Of a DNA stretch of 64,000 nt, positions 31,231 to 40,807 are shown piece by piece. The position numbers and the translations under genes are program-made. Numbering within the stretch: position 1 is the stretch's first letter; each line of letters opens with the position of its first letter. The stretch comes from Candidatus Eiseniibacteriota bacterium (GTDB taxonomy: Bacteria > Eisenbacteria > RBG-16-71-46). The stretch lies in assembly GCA_041483195.1 (NCBI GenBank), contig JBGPFC010000005.1:100958-164957 (forward strand). Direction: 5' to 3'. The notes below the pieces were generated by a model. The model made no database searches and had not been told where the DNA came from. It worked only from the letters and a program-made list of their open reading frames with translations.

Positions 31231-32796
31231 TCAGGGACGCCCGCGGCGCCCGGGCCTCGCGCCCGTCCGTGCGGGGGCCCCTCCCCGCTCCCTGAATGCG
31301 CGGGGCGCCCCACCGGAGCGCGGAGTTTGACCCCGCGCGCCTGCCCGCGGGAACCCACCGCCGCCGGCGCGGGCCGGACGCGGACCCGGGCCGGATCGCT
31401 CATTTCGAGAGGTCGGCCGGGCGGCGCGTGGGCGTGGCTTCGCGTTCGCCTCGGCGAATCGTTCCCGCCAATCCGAGCGGCGCGGGCCGCGGGCGGCAGG
31501 GATCGGTCGCTCATACCGCTCGCCGCGCCCGGGACGCTTCGGCGCGCGCGAGCGCGTCGCCGCGCCCGGTCGCTCGAACCGCTCGCGTCGCTCGGGACGC
31601 TGGGGCGCGCGTGAGCGTGTCGTCGCGCCCGGTCGCTCGAAACGCTCGCGGCGCTCGGGACGCTGGGCCACGCGCGAGCGCGTCGTCGCGCCCGGTCGCT
31701 CGAAACGCTCGCGCCGCTCGGGACGTTGCGGCGCGCGTGAGCGTGTCGTCGCGCCCGGCCGCTCGAAGCGCTCGCGTCGCTCGGGACGTTGCGGCGCGCG
31801 CGAGCGCGTCGTCGCGCCCGGTCGCTCGAAGCGCTCGCGTTGCTTAGGGCCCCGCGGCGCGGGTGCGAAGGGAGTGAATCCGCGTGCGTCGCGTCCACGC
31901 GGCACGGTGTCGCGCGCGGGCGGAGACGCGGCACGCGGGCGCGGCGTCGCTCCCGGCGCGCGCGCCGCGCCTCCTCCCAGGCGCGATGCGGCCCATGCCG
32001 CGTTTCTCCGGCCGGCGCCAGCCTCCGCACGCGGCGAGCGCGGGCCGCCCGTCCGTCCCGGGCGACGCAGCTGCGGACGCGCGGAGGCCGAGCGCAGACC
32101 GAGCACCTCGCTCTCGGACAGCTCGCGCCACATCCCGCGCGCGAGATCCCCGAGCCGGAGCGGGCCGTAGCCCCAGCGATGGAGGCGATGCACGAGCAGT
32201 CCGGCCGCCTCGCACATGAGCCGCACCTGACGGTGGCGGCCCTCGCGGAGGGCGATCTCGATCACGCTGTCCCCCGGCGTTTCGTCGCGAACCCGCACCC
32301 GCGCGGGCGAGCTCACGACGCCGGGCTCGAACTCGATGCCGCTCTCGAGCCGCTTCACCATGGCCGGCGATGGCGCGCGATCGGCGTGCACTCGATAGAG
32401 CTTGCTCACGCCGTAGCGCGGGTGCATGAGGTGATGCGCGAGCTCGCCGTCGTTCGTCAGGATCAGGAGTCCGCTGGTGTCGGCGTCGAGCCGCCCCACC
32501 GGGAACAGCCGCGCGCCGGCCGGCATGAACTCGCGCAGCGTGCGGCGTCCCTCCGGGTCGTCGAGCGTCGAGATCACGCCCACCGGCTTGTGGAGGACGT
32601 AGTACGCGAGCCGCGACACGCCGGGGATCGGCTTGCCATCCACCTCGATGCGATCGCGCTCGGGCTCGACCTGCGTGCCGGGTTCCTTCTCGATCACGCC
32701 GTTCACGCGCACCGATCCCGACTGGATGAGCGCGTCGCACTTGCGGCGCGCGCCAACGCCGCGCTGGGCGAGCAGCTTGTTGAGGCGGATGCTCAC
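31231..32796 (-). CDS. rluB: RluB/RsuA-family pseudouridine synthase with long Arg-rich repetitive tail
   Basis: S4 domain IRLNKLLA, HKPVGV, PVGRLDADTSGL, EGRHRQVR; follows scpB. Confidence 0.85.
   Translation of the reverse strand: MSIRLNKLLAQRGVGARRKCDALIQSGSVRVNGVIEKEPGTQVEPERDRIEVDGKPIPGVSRLAYYVLHKPVGVISTLDDPEGRRTLREFMPAGARLFPVGRLDADTSGLLILTNDGELAHHLMHPRYGVSKLYRVHADRAPSPAMVKRLESGIEFEPGVVSSPARVRVRDETPGDSVIEIALREGRHRQVRLMCEAAGLLVHRLHRWGYGPLRLGDLARGMWRELSESEVLGLRSASARPQLRRPGRTGGPRSPRAEAGAGRRNAAWAASRLGGGAARAPGATPRPRAASPPARDTVPRGRDARGFTPFAPAPRGPKQRERFERPGATTRSRAPQRPERRERFERPGATTRSRAPQRPERRERFERPGATTRSRVAQRPERRERFERPGATTRSRAPQRPERRERFERPGAATRSRAPKRPGRGERYERPIPAARGPRRSDWRERFAEANAKPRPRAARPTSRNERSGPGPRPARAGGGGFPRAGARGQTPRSGGAPRAFRERGGAPARTGARPGRRGRP
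31510..31840 (-). repeat. 63-bp coding tandem repeat, 5 copies plus a degenerate one (ERRERFERPGATTRSRAPQRP)
   Basis: cgcgcccgg(t/c)cgctcgaa recurs at 31561, 31624, 31687, 31750, 31813. Confidence 0.9.
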
Positions 32797-33509
32797 GTGC
32801 GCGCGGGATGCGACGGGTCGGGCTCGGCTTCCTCGTCGAGAACGCCGTCACCCGGATCGTCGAGCGGCACGATCTCGTGCTGGACCCGCGGCGACTGCCC
32901 GCTGGCCTCGCCGGCCGCGAGATCGGACGCGACCTGGGTGACGACCTCCAGCTCCATCATGTCGAGTTGCTCGGGCTCGCGCGCCGCGACCAGCGCCCGC
33001 AGCTCCTCGGGACGCGGCAGCTCGTTCAGGTCGCGCAGTCCGAAGTACTCGAGAAATTCCTGGGTGGAGCCGTAGAGCAACGGTCGTCCCACCACCTTCG
33101 AGCGGCCGCGGATGGTGACCAGGTTGCGCTCGAGCAGCGTGGTCAGCACTGCGCTCGAGTCCACCCCGCGAATCGCCTCGACCTCGGACTTCGTGACCGG
33201 CTGCTTGTACGCGATGATCGCCATGGTTTCGAGCGCCGCGCGCGAGAGCCGCATGCGGCGCTTTCCGCGCAGCATGCGCCCCACCCACTCCGCGTGCACT
33301 GCGGTCGTCACCAGCATCCAGCCGCCCGCGATCTCCCGCAGCTCGACGCCGGCGCCGCGCGCCGCGTACTCGGCCCCCAGCGCCTGGATCGTATCGACGA
33401 CCTCCTCGGGGCCGGCATCTAGCGATTCGACGAGCTGGCTGAGCGTCAGCGGCTGGTCCGACGAGAACAGCAGCGCTTCGACCGCGCCCTTCAGATCAAG
33501 AGGGGGCAT
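32793..33509 (-). CDS. scpB: SMC-Scp complex subunit ScpB
   Basis: VEALLF, LSRAALETMAIIAYKQPVT, GRPLLYGST..FLEYFGL. Confidence 0.95.
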   Translation of the reverse strand: MPPLDLKGAVEALLFSSDQPLTLSQLVESLDAGPEEVVDTIQALGAEYAARGAGVELREIAGGWMLVTTAVHAEWVGRMLRGKRRMRLSRAALETMAIIAYKQPVTKSEVEAIRGVDSSAVLTTLLERNLVTIRGRSKVVGRPLLYGSTQEFLEYFGLRDLNELPRPEELRALVAAREPEQLDMMELEVVTQVASDLAAGEASGQSPRVQHEIVPLDDPGDGVLDEEAEPDPSHPART

Positions 33510-34407
33510 GGGGATCCCGTCCTTCCGGCATTCGCGCCAGGATGGTGATGTCGGCGAAGGCTTCGTCCTGCACGACGGTGACCTGACCCAGCTTCACGAG
33601 CTCGAGCAGCGCCATGAACGTGACGATCATCTCGGCGCGCGCGCGACAGCGGGTGAGCAGCTCGATGAACGAGACGGAGCCGAGCTCGGCGACCGTGCTC
33701 GCGATCAGGGACATCTTCTCCTCGACGTCGTAGATCTCGCCCTGCACTTCGTAGACGGTCGATTCGGGCACCCGCGACATCACGCGGTTCAGCGCGTCGA
33801 GCAGGTCGAACAGGTTGGCGGGCGCGAGCGGCAGCGGCCCGGCCTCGTCCTCGGTCGGCACCATGCCGCGCTCGAACAGCAGCCGGCGCTCGCCCTCCTT
33901 CAGCTTCAGCGTGCCGGCCGCCTCCTTGAACTGGCGGTACTCGACGAGACGCTGCACCAGCTCCTCACGCGGATCGCCCTCGTCTTCCTCCTCGCCCACC
34001 GCGGGCAGCGGCAGCAGCATCTTGGCCTTGATGCGCATCAGCGTCGCCGCCATCAGCAGGAACTCCCCGGCCACGTCGAGATCGAGCGCGCGCATGAGCT
34101 CGATGTAGGCGAGGTACTGCTGCGTGATGTGCGCGATCGGGATGTCGTAGATGTCGACCTCGTCGCGCTTGATGAGGTGGAGCAGGAGATCGAGCGGCCC
34201 TTCGAAGCGCGCGAGCCGCACCATCACCGTGCGGCTCGAGGTGAGCGTGGCTCCCGCGGCGCCCGCGCCCGCCGCCGTGCCCGCGCCCGCGGCGGTGCTC
34301 GCGCCGGCGGCGGCGACCGGCTCGGGCTCGACGCCGGCGCGCGCCGCGGCCGCCGCCAGCTCGGCGGCGAGCTCCGGGGTCATGGGGCGAACGGTCTTCT
34401 GCGTCAT
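33496..34407 (-). CDS. scpA: Segregation/condensation protein ScpA
   Basis: FEGPLDLLLHLI, AGEFLLMAATL, DPREELV..L.EY, VTFMALLEL. Confidence 0.95.
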   Translation of the reverse strand: MTQKTVRPMTPELAAELAAAAARAGVEPEPVAAAGASTAAGAGTAAGAGAAGATLTSSRTVMVRLARFEGPLDLLLHLIKRDEVDIYDIPIAHITQQYLAYIELMRALDLDVAGEFLLMAATLMRIKAKMLLPLPAVGEEEDEGDPREELVQRLVEYRQFKEAAGTLKLKEGERRLLFERGMVPTEDEAGPLPLAPANLFDLLDALNRVMSRVPESTVYEVQGEIYDVEEKMSLIASTVAELGSVSFIELLTRCRARAEMIVTFMALLELVKLGQVTVVQDEAFADITILARMPEGRDPHAPS

Positions 34408-35450
34408 CGCACCGGCGCCGCGCTGGAGTGCAGCCCCATCGCGCCGCGCACCTCGTCCATCGTCGCCTGCGCCACCGTGCGCGCGCGGCGGTTGCCGTCG
34501 GCGACGATGTCACGCACCAGATCCGGGTCGTTCGCGTAGCGCTCGCGGCGCTCGCGGATCGGCGCCAGCGATTCGGCGAGCACCCGCGCGAGATGCTGCT
34601 TGTCGGGCACGCACGCGAGCGTGCCGGCGCGGCACTTCGAGGCGATCGCCTCGGCCTCGGCCGGATTGAACTTGCGATGGTATTCCCACACCACGCACCC
34701 GCCGTGACCGTCGCTCGCGTCGGCCTCGGGCCGGCCGGGATCGTTCGCGCGCAGCTTCTTCGGGTCGGTGTACGCGGAGCGCACCCGTGCCGCGATCTCC
34801 TCTGCCGAATCGGCGAGCAGGATGGTGTTGCCCACCGACTTGCTCATGCGGTTGCCGTCGAGCCCGCGCAGGCGCGGAAACGCCGTGAGCTGCGCCTCGG
34901 GCTCCGCGAAGACCGGTGCGCGGCCCTGGCAGTAGAGAAAATTGAAGCGCCGGGCGATCTCGCGGGTGAGCTCGACGTGCGGCACCTGGTCCTCGCCCAC
35001 CGGCACGTGGGTCGCGCGGTAGAGCAGGATGTCCGCGGCCTGCAGCACCGAGTAGCCCAGGTGCCCGTAGGAGATCGTCTGCTCGTCCAGGTGCAGATCG
35101 CGGATCTGCTCCTTGAGGGTCGGGATGCGCTCGAGACGCGCCTTGCTCACCAGCATCGAGAACAGCAGGTGAAGCTCGGCGTGCTCCTTCACCTCGGACT
35201 GGATGAAGATCACGCTCTTCGCGGGATCGAGCCCGGCGGCCAGCCAGTCGACCACCATCTCGTGAGTGTCGGACTGGAGGCGCGAGGTGTCTTCGTGGCC
35301 GGTGGTCAGCATGTGCCAGTCGGCCACCATGTGGAAATTTTCCCAGCCCTCGTTCTGCAGGCGCACCCAGTTCTCGAGCGCGCCGACGAAGTTCCCGAGA
35401 TGGAGCCGGCCGGTGGGTCGCATGCCCGACAGGATGCGGCCCGGCTTCAC
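34404..35450 (-). CDS. trpS: Tryptophan--tRNA ligase
   Basis: SGMRPTGRLHLGN, LQAADIL, VPVGEDQ, RMSKS; GTG start at 35450. Confidence 0.95.
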   Translation of the reverse strand: MKPGRILSGMRPTGRLHLGNFVGALENWVRLQNEGWENFHMVADWHMLTTGHEDTSRLQSDTHEMVVDWLAAGLDPAKSVIFIQSEVKEHAELHLLFSMLVSKARLERIPTLKEQIRDLHLDEQTISYGHLGYSVLQAADILLYRATHVPVGEDQVPHVELTREIARRFNFLYCQGRAPVFAEPEAQLTAFPRLRGLDGNRMSKSVGNTILLADSAEEIAARVRSAYTDPKKLRANDPGRPEADASDGHGGCVVWEYHRKFNPAEAEAIASKCRAGTLACVPDKQHLARVLAESLAPIRERRERYANDPDLVRDIVADGNRRARTVAQATMDEVRGAMGLHSSAAPVR

Positions 35451-36103
35451 AGCGCAGCCCCCGCGCGCGGCACGCCGAACAGATCGAGGCACGCGTCGAC
35501 CGCGAGGCGCAGTGGCCCGTACAGGATCGCGTTCGACACCCACGGCGAGCTGAGCAGCATCGCGACCAGCAGCAGTCCGACCACCCGGAAGCTCTGCAGC
35601 GCGATGATGTGACGGAGCGGCAGGAATCGCATCAGCACCCACGATCCGTCGAGCGGCGGGATCGGGATCAGGTTGAAGAGCGCGAGCGCGCAGTTCAACA
35701 CCACGCCGGCGTAGCCGGTGATGCGCAGCGGGGCGAGGAACCCGTGCTCGGGCGCCAGCCGCGCGAGCGCCGCGAACGCGAGCGCGAGCAGCACGTTCGA
35801 CGCCGGCCCGGCGAGCGCCACCTTGACCGGATCGTTGCGCGGGCTCCGAAGGTTCGCCCAGTTGATCGGGACCGGCTTCGCCCACCCCAGCATGACCGGC
35901 GAGTGAAACAGGATCAGGGCGGCCGGCACGATCAGCGACCCGATCGGGTCCACGTGCGGCAGCGGGTTGAGCGTGAGCCGCCCCCGATCGCGAGCGGTCG
36001 AATCGCCATTCCAGAGCGCGACCAGCCCGTGGGCGCACTCGTGCACGACGACGCTCAGGACGAACGCCGGAAATACCAGGAAGAATCGAGGGTCGAAGTG
36101 CAC
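35447..36103 (-). CDS. Site-2 protease (M50) family
   Basis: HECAH, ALAGPASN, NLIPIPPLDG. Confidence 0.9.
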   Translation of the reverse strand: MHFDPRFFLVFPAFVLSVVVHECAHGLVALWNGDSTARDRGRLTLNPLPHVDPIGSLIVPAALILFHSPVMLGWAKPVPINWANLRSPRNDPVKVALAGPASNVLLALAFAALARLAPEHGFLAPLRITGYAGVVLNCALALFNLIPIPPLDGSWVLMRFLPLRHIIALQSFRVVGLLLVAMLLSSPWVSNAILYGPLRLAVDACLDLFGVPRAGAAL

Positions 36104-36263
36104 GCGGAGCCGCTCCAGCCGAGGGTGAAATGAAATTCAAAGCAGACTATCGGGATTGCCCAGAGGGGTCAAGGCTCGATGGCTTCATGTAGCGCGCGAA
36201 GCCCGGCGAGCTCGGCATTCGGGCGCATTGCCCCTCCCATGCGCGCTCGACTATGGTCCCGCG

Positions 36264-36821
36264 GTGAACGCTCCCGTCCGCCCCGAAGACATGCTCGATC
36301 GCGCGGTCCCCGATCTGGCGCTCCCCAGCTCGCTCGGGGGAGCGTTCGGCCTGCGCTCGCGCGTCGGTCTCGGCCCGCTGGTGCTGGTCTTCTTCATCCG
36401 CAACGGCACCCCCGGCTGAGTGCGCGAGATGCGCGAGTTTCGCGTACATCACGAAGCCATGCGGGCCGCGGGTCTCACGGTCGCCGGGATCTCGCTCGAC
36501 ACCGCGGAGAGTTCGCGGATGTGGACCGAGCGCCTGCACCTGCCCTTCCCCCTGCTCTCGGACGTCGACCGCCACGCGGGGGCCGCGTTCGGCGTGATCC
36601 GCCGCATCGGGCTCGGCGGATGGAACATCGAGTTCTTCCGCCGCGCGACGTTCCTCGTCGACGCGCGGGGCATGGTTGTCGCGGTGTGGGAGCGCGTGAA
36701 GGTCCGCGGGCACGCGCTGGACATCATGGACGTCGCGCGCGCGCTGGAGGAGCGGCCGCCGCACGCCGACGCCGAAGGCGGAGACCTCAGCCGCGCAGCG
36801 CGCGAATCACGACCAGCGTGA
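36264..36821 (+). CDS. BCP/PrxQ-type peroxiredoxin with in-frame UGA at the peroxidatic position (probable selenoprotein)
   Basis: One frame from GTG 36264: LVLVFFIRNGTPG-TGA(36417)-VREMREF..GISLD..LPFPLLSD..RATFLVD..VKVRGHA; SECIS-like hairpin follows. Confidence 0.85.
36428..36450 (+). promoter_or_regulatory. Candidate bacterial SECIS element
   Basis: GATG-CGCGA-(GTT loop)-TCGCG-(TA bulge)-CATC; loop begins with G 18 nt after UGA. Confidence 0.6.
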
Positions 36822-38580
36822 GGTCGTCGCTCGGCCCGCGATCGCCGGTCCAGGCCTCGACCGCCCGCACCACGCCGTCCAGCACCTCCTGGCTGCTCAC
36901 CTCGCCCATCGCCTTCACGGTCTGCTCGATGCGGAGGCGGCCGAACTGCTCGCCGCTCGGCGACTCCGACTCCGACACCCCGTCGGTGTACATCACCAGC
37001 ACGTCGCCGGGCCGCACCTCGACCGGGCAGTCCTCGTAGCGCGCGTCGGGAAGCACACCGAGCGCCACGCCGCCCTCCGTGAGGTCCTCGATCGAGCCGT
37101 CGGCGCGAATCAGGAACGGCGGATCGTGCCCGGCGTTCGCGTAGATCAGCATGTGGTTCTTGAAGTCGAGCACGCCGTAGAACGCGGTCACGAACTTGTC
37201 GCGGTCGATGCTCTCGTGGAGCAGCAGGTTGACCTTGCGCATCACCGCGCGGATCGCGAACTCGTTGCGGATCTCGGCGAGCAGGCTCATCCGCACCCCG
37301 GCCATGATGAGCGCGGCCGGGATGCCCTTGCCGGAGACGTCTGCGATCGCGATGCCGAGCCGGGTCTCGCTCACCGGGATGAAATCGAAGTAGTCCCCTC
37401 CCACCTCGTCGTGGGCGTGCGCGGCGCCGGCGAGGTCGAAGCCCGGCACCTGCGGCGCCCGCCGCGGCAGGAACGACTGCTGGATCTCGCGCGCGATCGC
37501 CAGCTCCTTCTCGAGCCGCCGGCGCTCGAGCATGTCGCGCGTGAGCCGCGCGCGCTCGATCGCCACCGCGGCCTGCGAAGCGAAGGCCGACACCAGCTCG
37601 AGGTGTCCCTCGTGGTAGGCGTCCTCGACGTCGTGCTCGAGGTTGAACACGCCGATCGGGCGGCCGTCCACCAGCAGCGGGGCGGCCAGCTCGCTGCGGG
37701 TCTCGTGTCGCGCCGCGACGTAGCGCGCGTCGCGCCGCACGTCGGGAACGATCAGCGGCTCGCCGGTCTTCGCGACCCACCCGACGATCCCCTGTCCGAC
37801 CTGGAGCCGGAACGCGTCGTCAGAGCCCTCGGGGTATCCGCTCTCGCTCACCAGCTCGAGCGCGAGCGTCTTGCGGTTCACGAGGTAGATCGCGGCGGCG
37901 GCGTAGTTCACGACCTGGCGCAGCGACTTGAAGATCGCCTCGATCACGCCGTCGAGATCGAGCTGCGTCGAGAGCGTCTTCGCGACCCCCAGCAGCACTT
38001 CCTTCTCGAGCGAGCGGCGCTCGGTCTCCTGGTACAGCAGCGCGTTGTCGAGCGCGAACGCGACGTGCTCGCCGGCCACGTCTAGGTTGTCGAAGTCGGA
38101 GTCGCTGAAGTCGCCCCCGCCGCGCTTGTCGAGGCATTCGATCGCCGCGAACGCGTCGCCGCGGCGGAACAGCGGCATCACGAGCGCTGCGTGGAACGCC
38201 GGCGTCTCGCCCCAGAACTCGGGGCGCGGGTCGGCGCCGGTGAGACGCAGCGGCTGCTGGTGCGCGATCGCCCATCCCGCGAGCCCCTCGCCCCCGGCCA
38301 CCCGGACCTCGGTGCCGGCCAGGTCCGAGTCTCCGGCGAACTCGCGGCCGACCAGCCGGCGTCCGCCGCGGCGCGCCACCCAGATCCGCACGCGCTCCGC
38401 GTCGACCAGCCGCCGGCAGTGACGGCTCGCCGCGCGCAGCAGGTCGGTGAAGCTGCTCGAGTCGCCGACCGCTTCGGACGACGAGGTGCCGAGCGCGGAG
38501 AGCGTGCGGAGCGCGATGTCCGAGGGCGACGGCACGTGCGGCATCGGCGTGTCGGGGAGGGTGGGTTCTGACATGTTCAT
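36787..38580 (-). CDS. GAF-GAF-SpoIIE (RsbU-like) PP2C phosphatase
   Basis: Two GAF-like domains; VGGDYFD, ADVSGKG, NAGH, YTDGVSE, DDLT. Confidence 0.9.
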   Translation of the reverse strand: MNMSEPTLPDTPMPHVPSPSDIALRTLSALGTSSSEAVGDSSSFTDLLRAASRHCRRLVDAERVRIWVARRGGRRLVGREFAGDSDLAGTEVRVAGGEGLAGWAIAHQQPLRLTGADPRPEFWGETPAFHAALVMPLFRRGDAFAAIECLDKRGGGDFSDSDFDNLDVAGEHVAFALDNALLYQETERRSLEKEVLLGVAKTLSTQLDLDGVIEAIFKSLRQVVNYAAAAIYLVNRKTLALELVSESGYPEGSDDAFRLQVGQGIVGWVAKTGEPLIVPDVRRDARYVAARHETRSELAAPLLVDGRPIGVFNLEHDVEDAYHEGHLELVSAFASQAAVAIERARLTRDMLERRRLEKELAIAREIQQSFLPRRAPQVPGFDLAGAAHAHDEVGGDYFDFIPVSETRLGIAIADVSGKGIPAALIMAGVRMSLLAEIRNEFAIRAVMRKVNLLLHESIDRDKFVTAFYGVLDFKNHMLIYANAGHDPPFLIRADGSIEDLTEGGVALGVLPDARYEDCPVEVRPGDVLVMYTDGVSESESPSGEQFGRLRIEQTVKAMGEVSSQEVLDGVVRAVEAWTGDRGPSDDLTLVVIRALRG

Positions 38581-38818
38581 CGCACCCTAGCATCCGCATT
38601 CGCGGCCGACAAATTCGCGGGCTTCGCGATGCAAGACGCATCGCGCGCGCGCAAAATGCGCGATCTCGCGCGGGTCCGATCGTTGCGGGGCGGCAGGCGA
38701 CCGGCGTCCGCGCAACTCGCTGCGCCGCGCGCAAAAAGCGTCAACGCGGGTGTTCAGTACGCCGATACCTGATGCGCATTCACCTCGTTGCACCTCCCGC
38801 ACCCGCTCGGAGCGAAGC

Positions 38819-40807
38819 ATGGCCAGGGATCACAAGCGACTGGGCGATCTGCTGCTCGACGAGAAGCTCATCACGCCGCAGGATCTCGCCGCGGCGATCG
38901 TCGAACAGCAGCGCACCGGCCAGCTGCTGGGCGCGACCCTGCTCCACATGGGATTGATCACCGAGGAGACGCTGCTGCGCCTGCTCCAGCATCAGCTCGC
39001 GCTCCCGCTGGTCGACCTCGCGCAGGTGGTCATCGACGAGCAGGTGCTGGCCTACGTGAAGGAAGAGCTGGCGAAGAAGTACGTCGCGATCCCGATCGAG
39101 ATCGAGGGCCGCTCCACGCTGGTGGTGGCGATGGCCGACCCGCTGAACGTCGCAGCGCTCGAGGACCTGCGCTTTCACAGCGGCATGTTCATCCAGCCGG
39201 TGCTGGCCGCGCCCTCGGCGATCGTCGAGGCCATCGAGCGCTACTACCACATCGACAGCTCGATGAACGAGCTCATCCAGAACATCATCACGACCGAAGA
39301 CGAGGTCGTCGTGAACCAGATCGTGGAGGAGGAGCATGCCGCCGCGATCGACGATCTGATCAAGGAGGCCGAGGGCCGCCCGATCGTCCGCCTCACCAAC
39401 TGGCTGTTGCACCGCGCGGTGGAAGAGCGCGCGAGCGACATCCACATCGAGCCCCAGGATCGGGAGCTCATGGTGCGCTTCCGCGTGGATGGATTGCTGC
39501 ACGAGGTGCAGAAGCTGCCGAAGTGGACCCAGAGCGCGGTCGTCTCGCGCATCAAGGTGCTATCGAACCTGGACATCGCCGAGAAGCGCCTGCCGCAGGA
39601 CGGGCGGCTCGTGCTCCAGATCAGCGACCGCCGCGTGGACATGCGCGTCTCGACGCTGCCGGTGACGAACGGCGAGAAGGTGGTGCTGCGCGTGGTCGAT
39701 CACAAGTCGACCACCGTCGCGCTCACCGATCTCGGGTTCCAGGACGACGACTACACGCGCTTCAAGCGCTACCTCGACCGGCCGCAGGGCATCGTGCTGG
39801 TCACGGGGCCGACCGGCTCCGGCAAGTCGACGCTGCTCTACGCCTCGATCCGCCACATCCAGCACGAGACCAAGAACATCGTCACCGTCGAAGACCCGGT
39901 CGAGAACGAGCTGATCGGGATCAATCAGGTGCAGGTCGACGAGAAGGCGAAGAAGACGTTCCCCGCCGCGCTGCGCGCCATCCTGCGACAGGACCCCGAC
40001 GTCATCATGATCGGCGAGATCCGCGACAAGGAGACCGCGCAGATCGCGTTTCGAGCCTCCGTGACCGGGCACCTCGTGCTCAGCACCGTCCACACCAACG
40101 ACGCCGCCGGCGCCGTGACGCGCCTCATCGATCTCGGGCTCGAGCCGTTCATGGTGGCGTCCTCGCTCATCGGCGTGGTGAGCATGCGGCTGGTGCGCAC
40201 GCTCTGCCCCCGCTGCAAGGAGACCTACGAGGCGGGCGCCGCGAGCCTCAACCGGTTCGGACACGAGGGCGCCGAGAACGGAAAGGTCACGCTGTCGCGC
40301 GGCCGGGGATGCCCGGCCTGCCGCGAGACCGGCTACCACGGCCGCACCGGCATCTTCGAGGCGCTCGAGGTGGACGAGACCGTTCGCGCCCTGATCGTTC
40401 GCAACTCGCCGGACACCGCGATCCGGCAGGCGGCGATCGAGGCCGGGATGCGCTCGATCGGCGAGGACGGCCTGAAGAAGGTGCTCGCCGGCAAGACCAC
40501 GCTCGAAGAAGTCACGCGCATGGTCTACCTCGAGGAGCAGGCCGCGAAATTCTGCCCGTCGTGCAAGAGCATCCTGACCCAGGAGTTCGAGTACTGCCCG
40601 AACTGCGGCGAATTCGTTGGCGAGCATTGCGAGAGCTGCCGCCGCCGGCTGAACCCGGGCTGGGCATGGTGTCCGTTCTGCGGCGAGGACGCGAAGCCGG
40701 GCCCGCCCGCCTCCCGCGACGGCCGCCCGGGCGACGACGTCTCCGCGCCCGCCCGGCCGCGCCGCAAGCCCACCGCCCTCGAGCCTCCGTTGCGGAAGGC
40801 CGCATGA
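38819..40807 (+). CDS. PilB/GspE ATPase with N-terminal MshEN and C-terminal double zinc ribbon
   Basis: RLGDLL..Q..LLGATLL.MG; ASDIHIEP; GPTGSGKST; RQDPDVIMIGEIRD; tetracysteine; four extra CxxC at C-terminus. Confidence 0.9.
   Translation: MARDHKRLGDLLLDEKLITPQDLAAAIVEQQRTGQLLGATLLHMGLITEETLLRLLQHQLALPLVDLAQVVIDEQVLAYVKEELAKKYVAIPIEIEGRSTLVVAMADPLNVAALEDLRFHSGMFIQPVLAAPSAIVEAIERYYHIDSSMNELIQNIITTEDEVVVNQIVEEEHAAAIDDLIKEAEGRPIVRLTNWLLHRAVEERASDIHIEPQDRELMVRFRVDGLLHEVQKLPKWTQSAVVSRIKVLSNLDIAEKRLPQDGRLVLQISDRRVDMRVSTLPVTNGEKVVLRVVDHKSTTVALTDLGFQDDDYTRFKRYLDRPQGIVLVTGPTGSGKSTLLYASIRHIQHETKNIVTVEDPVENELIGINQVQVDEKAKKTFPAALRAILRQDPDVIMIGEIRDKETAQIAFRASVTGHLVLSTVHTNDAAGAVTRLIDLGLEPFMVASSLIGVVSMRLVRTLCPRCKETYEAGAASLNRFGHEGAENGKVTLSRGRGCPACRETGYHGRTGIFEALEVDETVRALIVRNSPDTAIRQAAIEAGMRSIGEDGLKKVLAGKTTLEEVTRMVYLEEQAAKFCPSCKSILTQEFEYCPNCGEFVGEHCESCRRRLNPGWAWCPFCGEDAKPGPPASRDGRPGDDVSAPARPRRKPTALEPPLRKAA

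Noticed and set aside
31510..31840. Possible CRISPR array
   Set aside because: Units are contiguous 63-bp in-frame coding repeats with no unique spacers and no cas genes
36156..36821. Two small genes or a nonsense pseudogene
   Set aside because: The stop falls precisely on the catalytic Cys position with an intact frame on both sides and a SECIS-like hairpin
38590..38760. Hairpin (cgcgatgc/gcatcgcg) and repeated gcgcgcaaaa in the divergent intergenic region
   Set aside because: Short GC-rich matches are expected by chance; no c-di-GMP riboswitch consensus recognised
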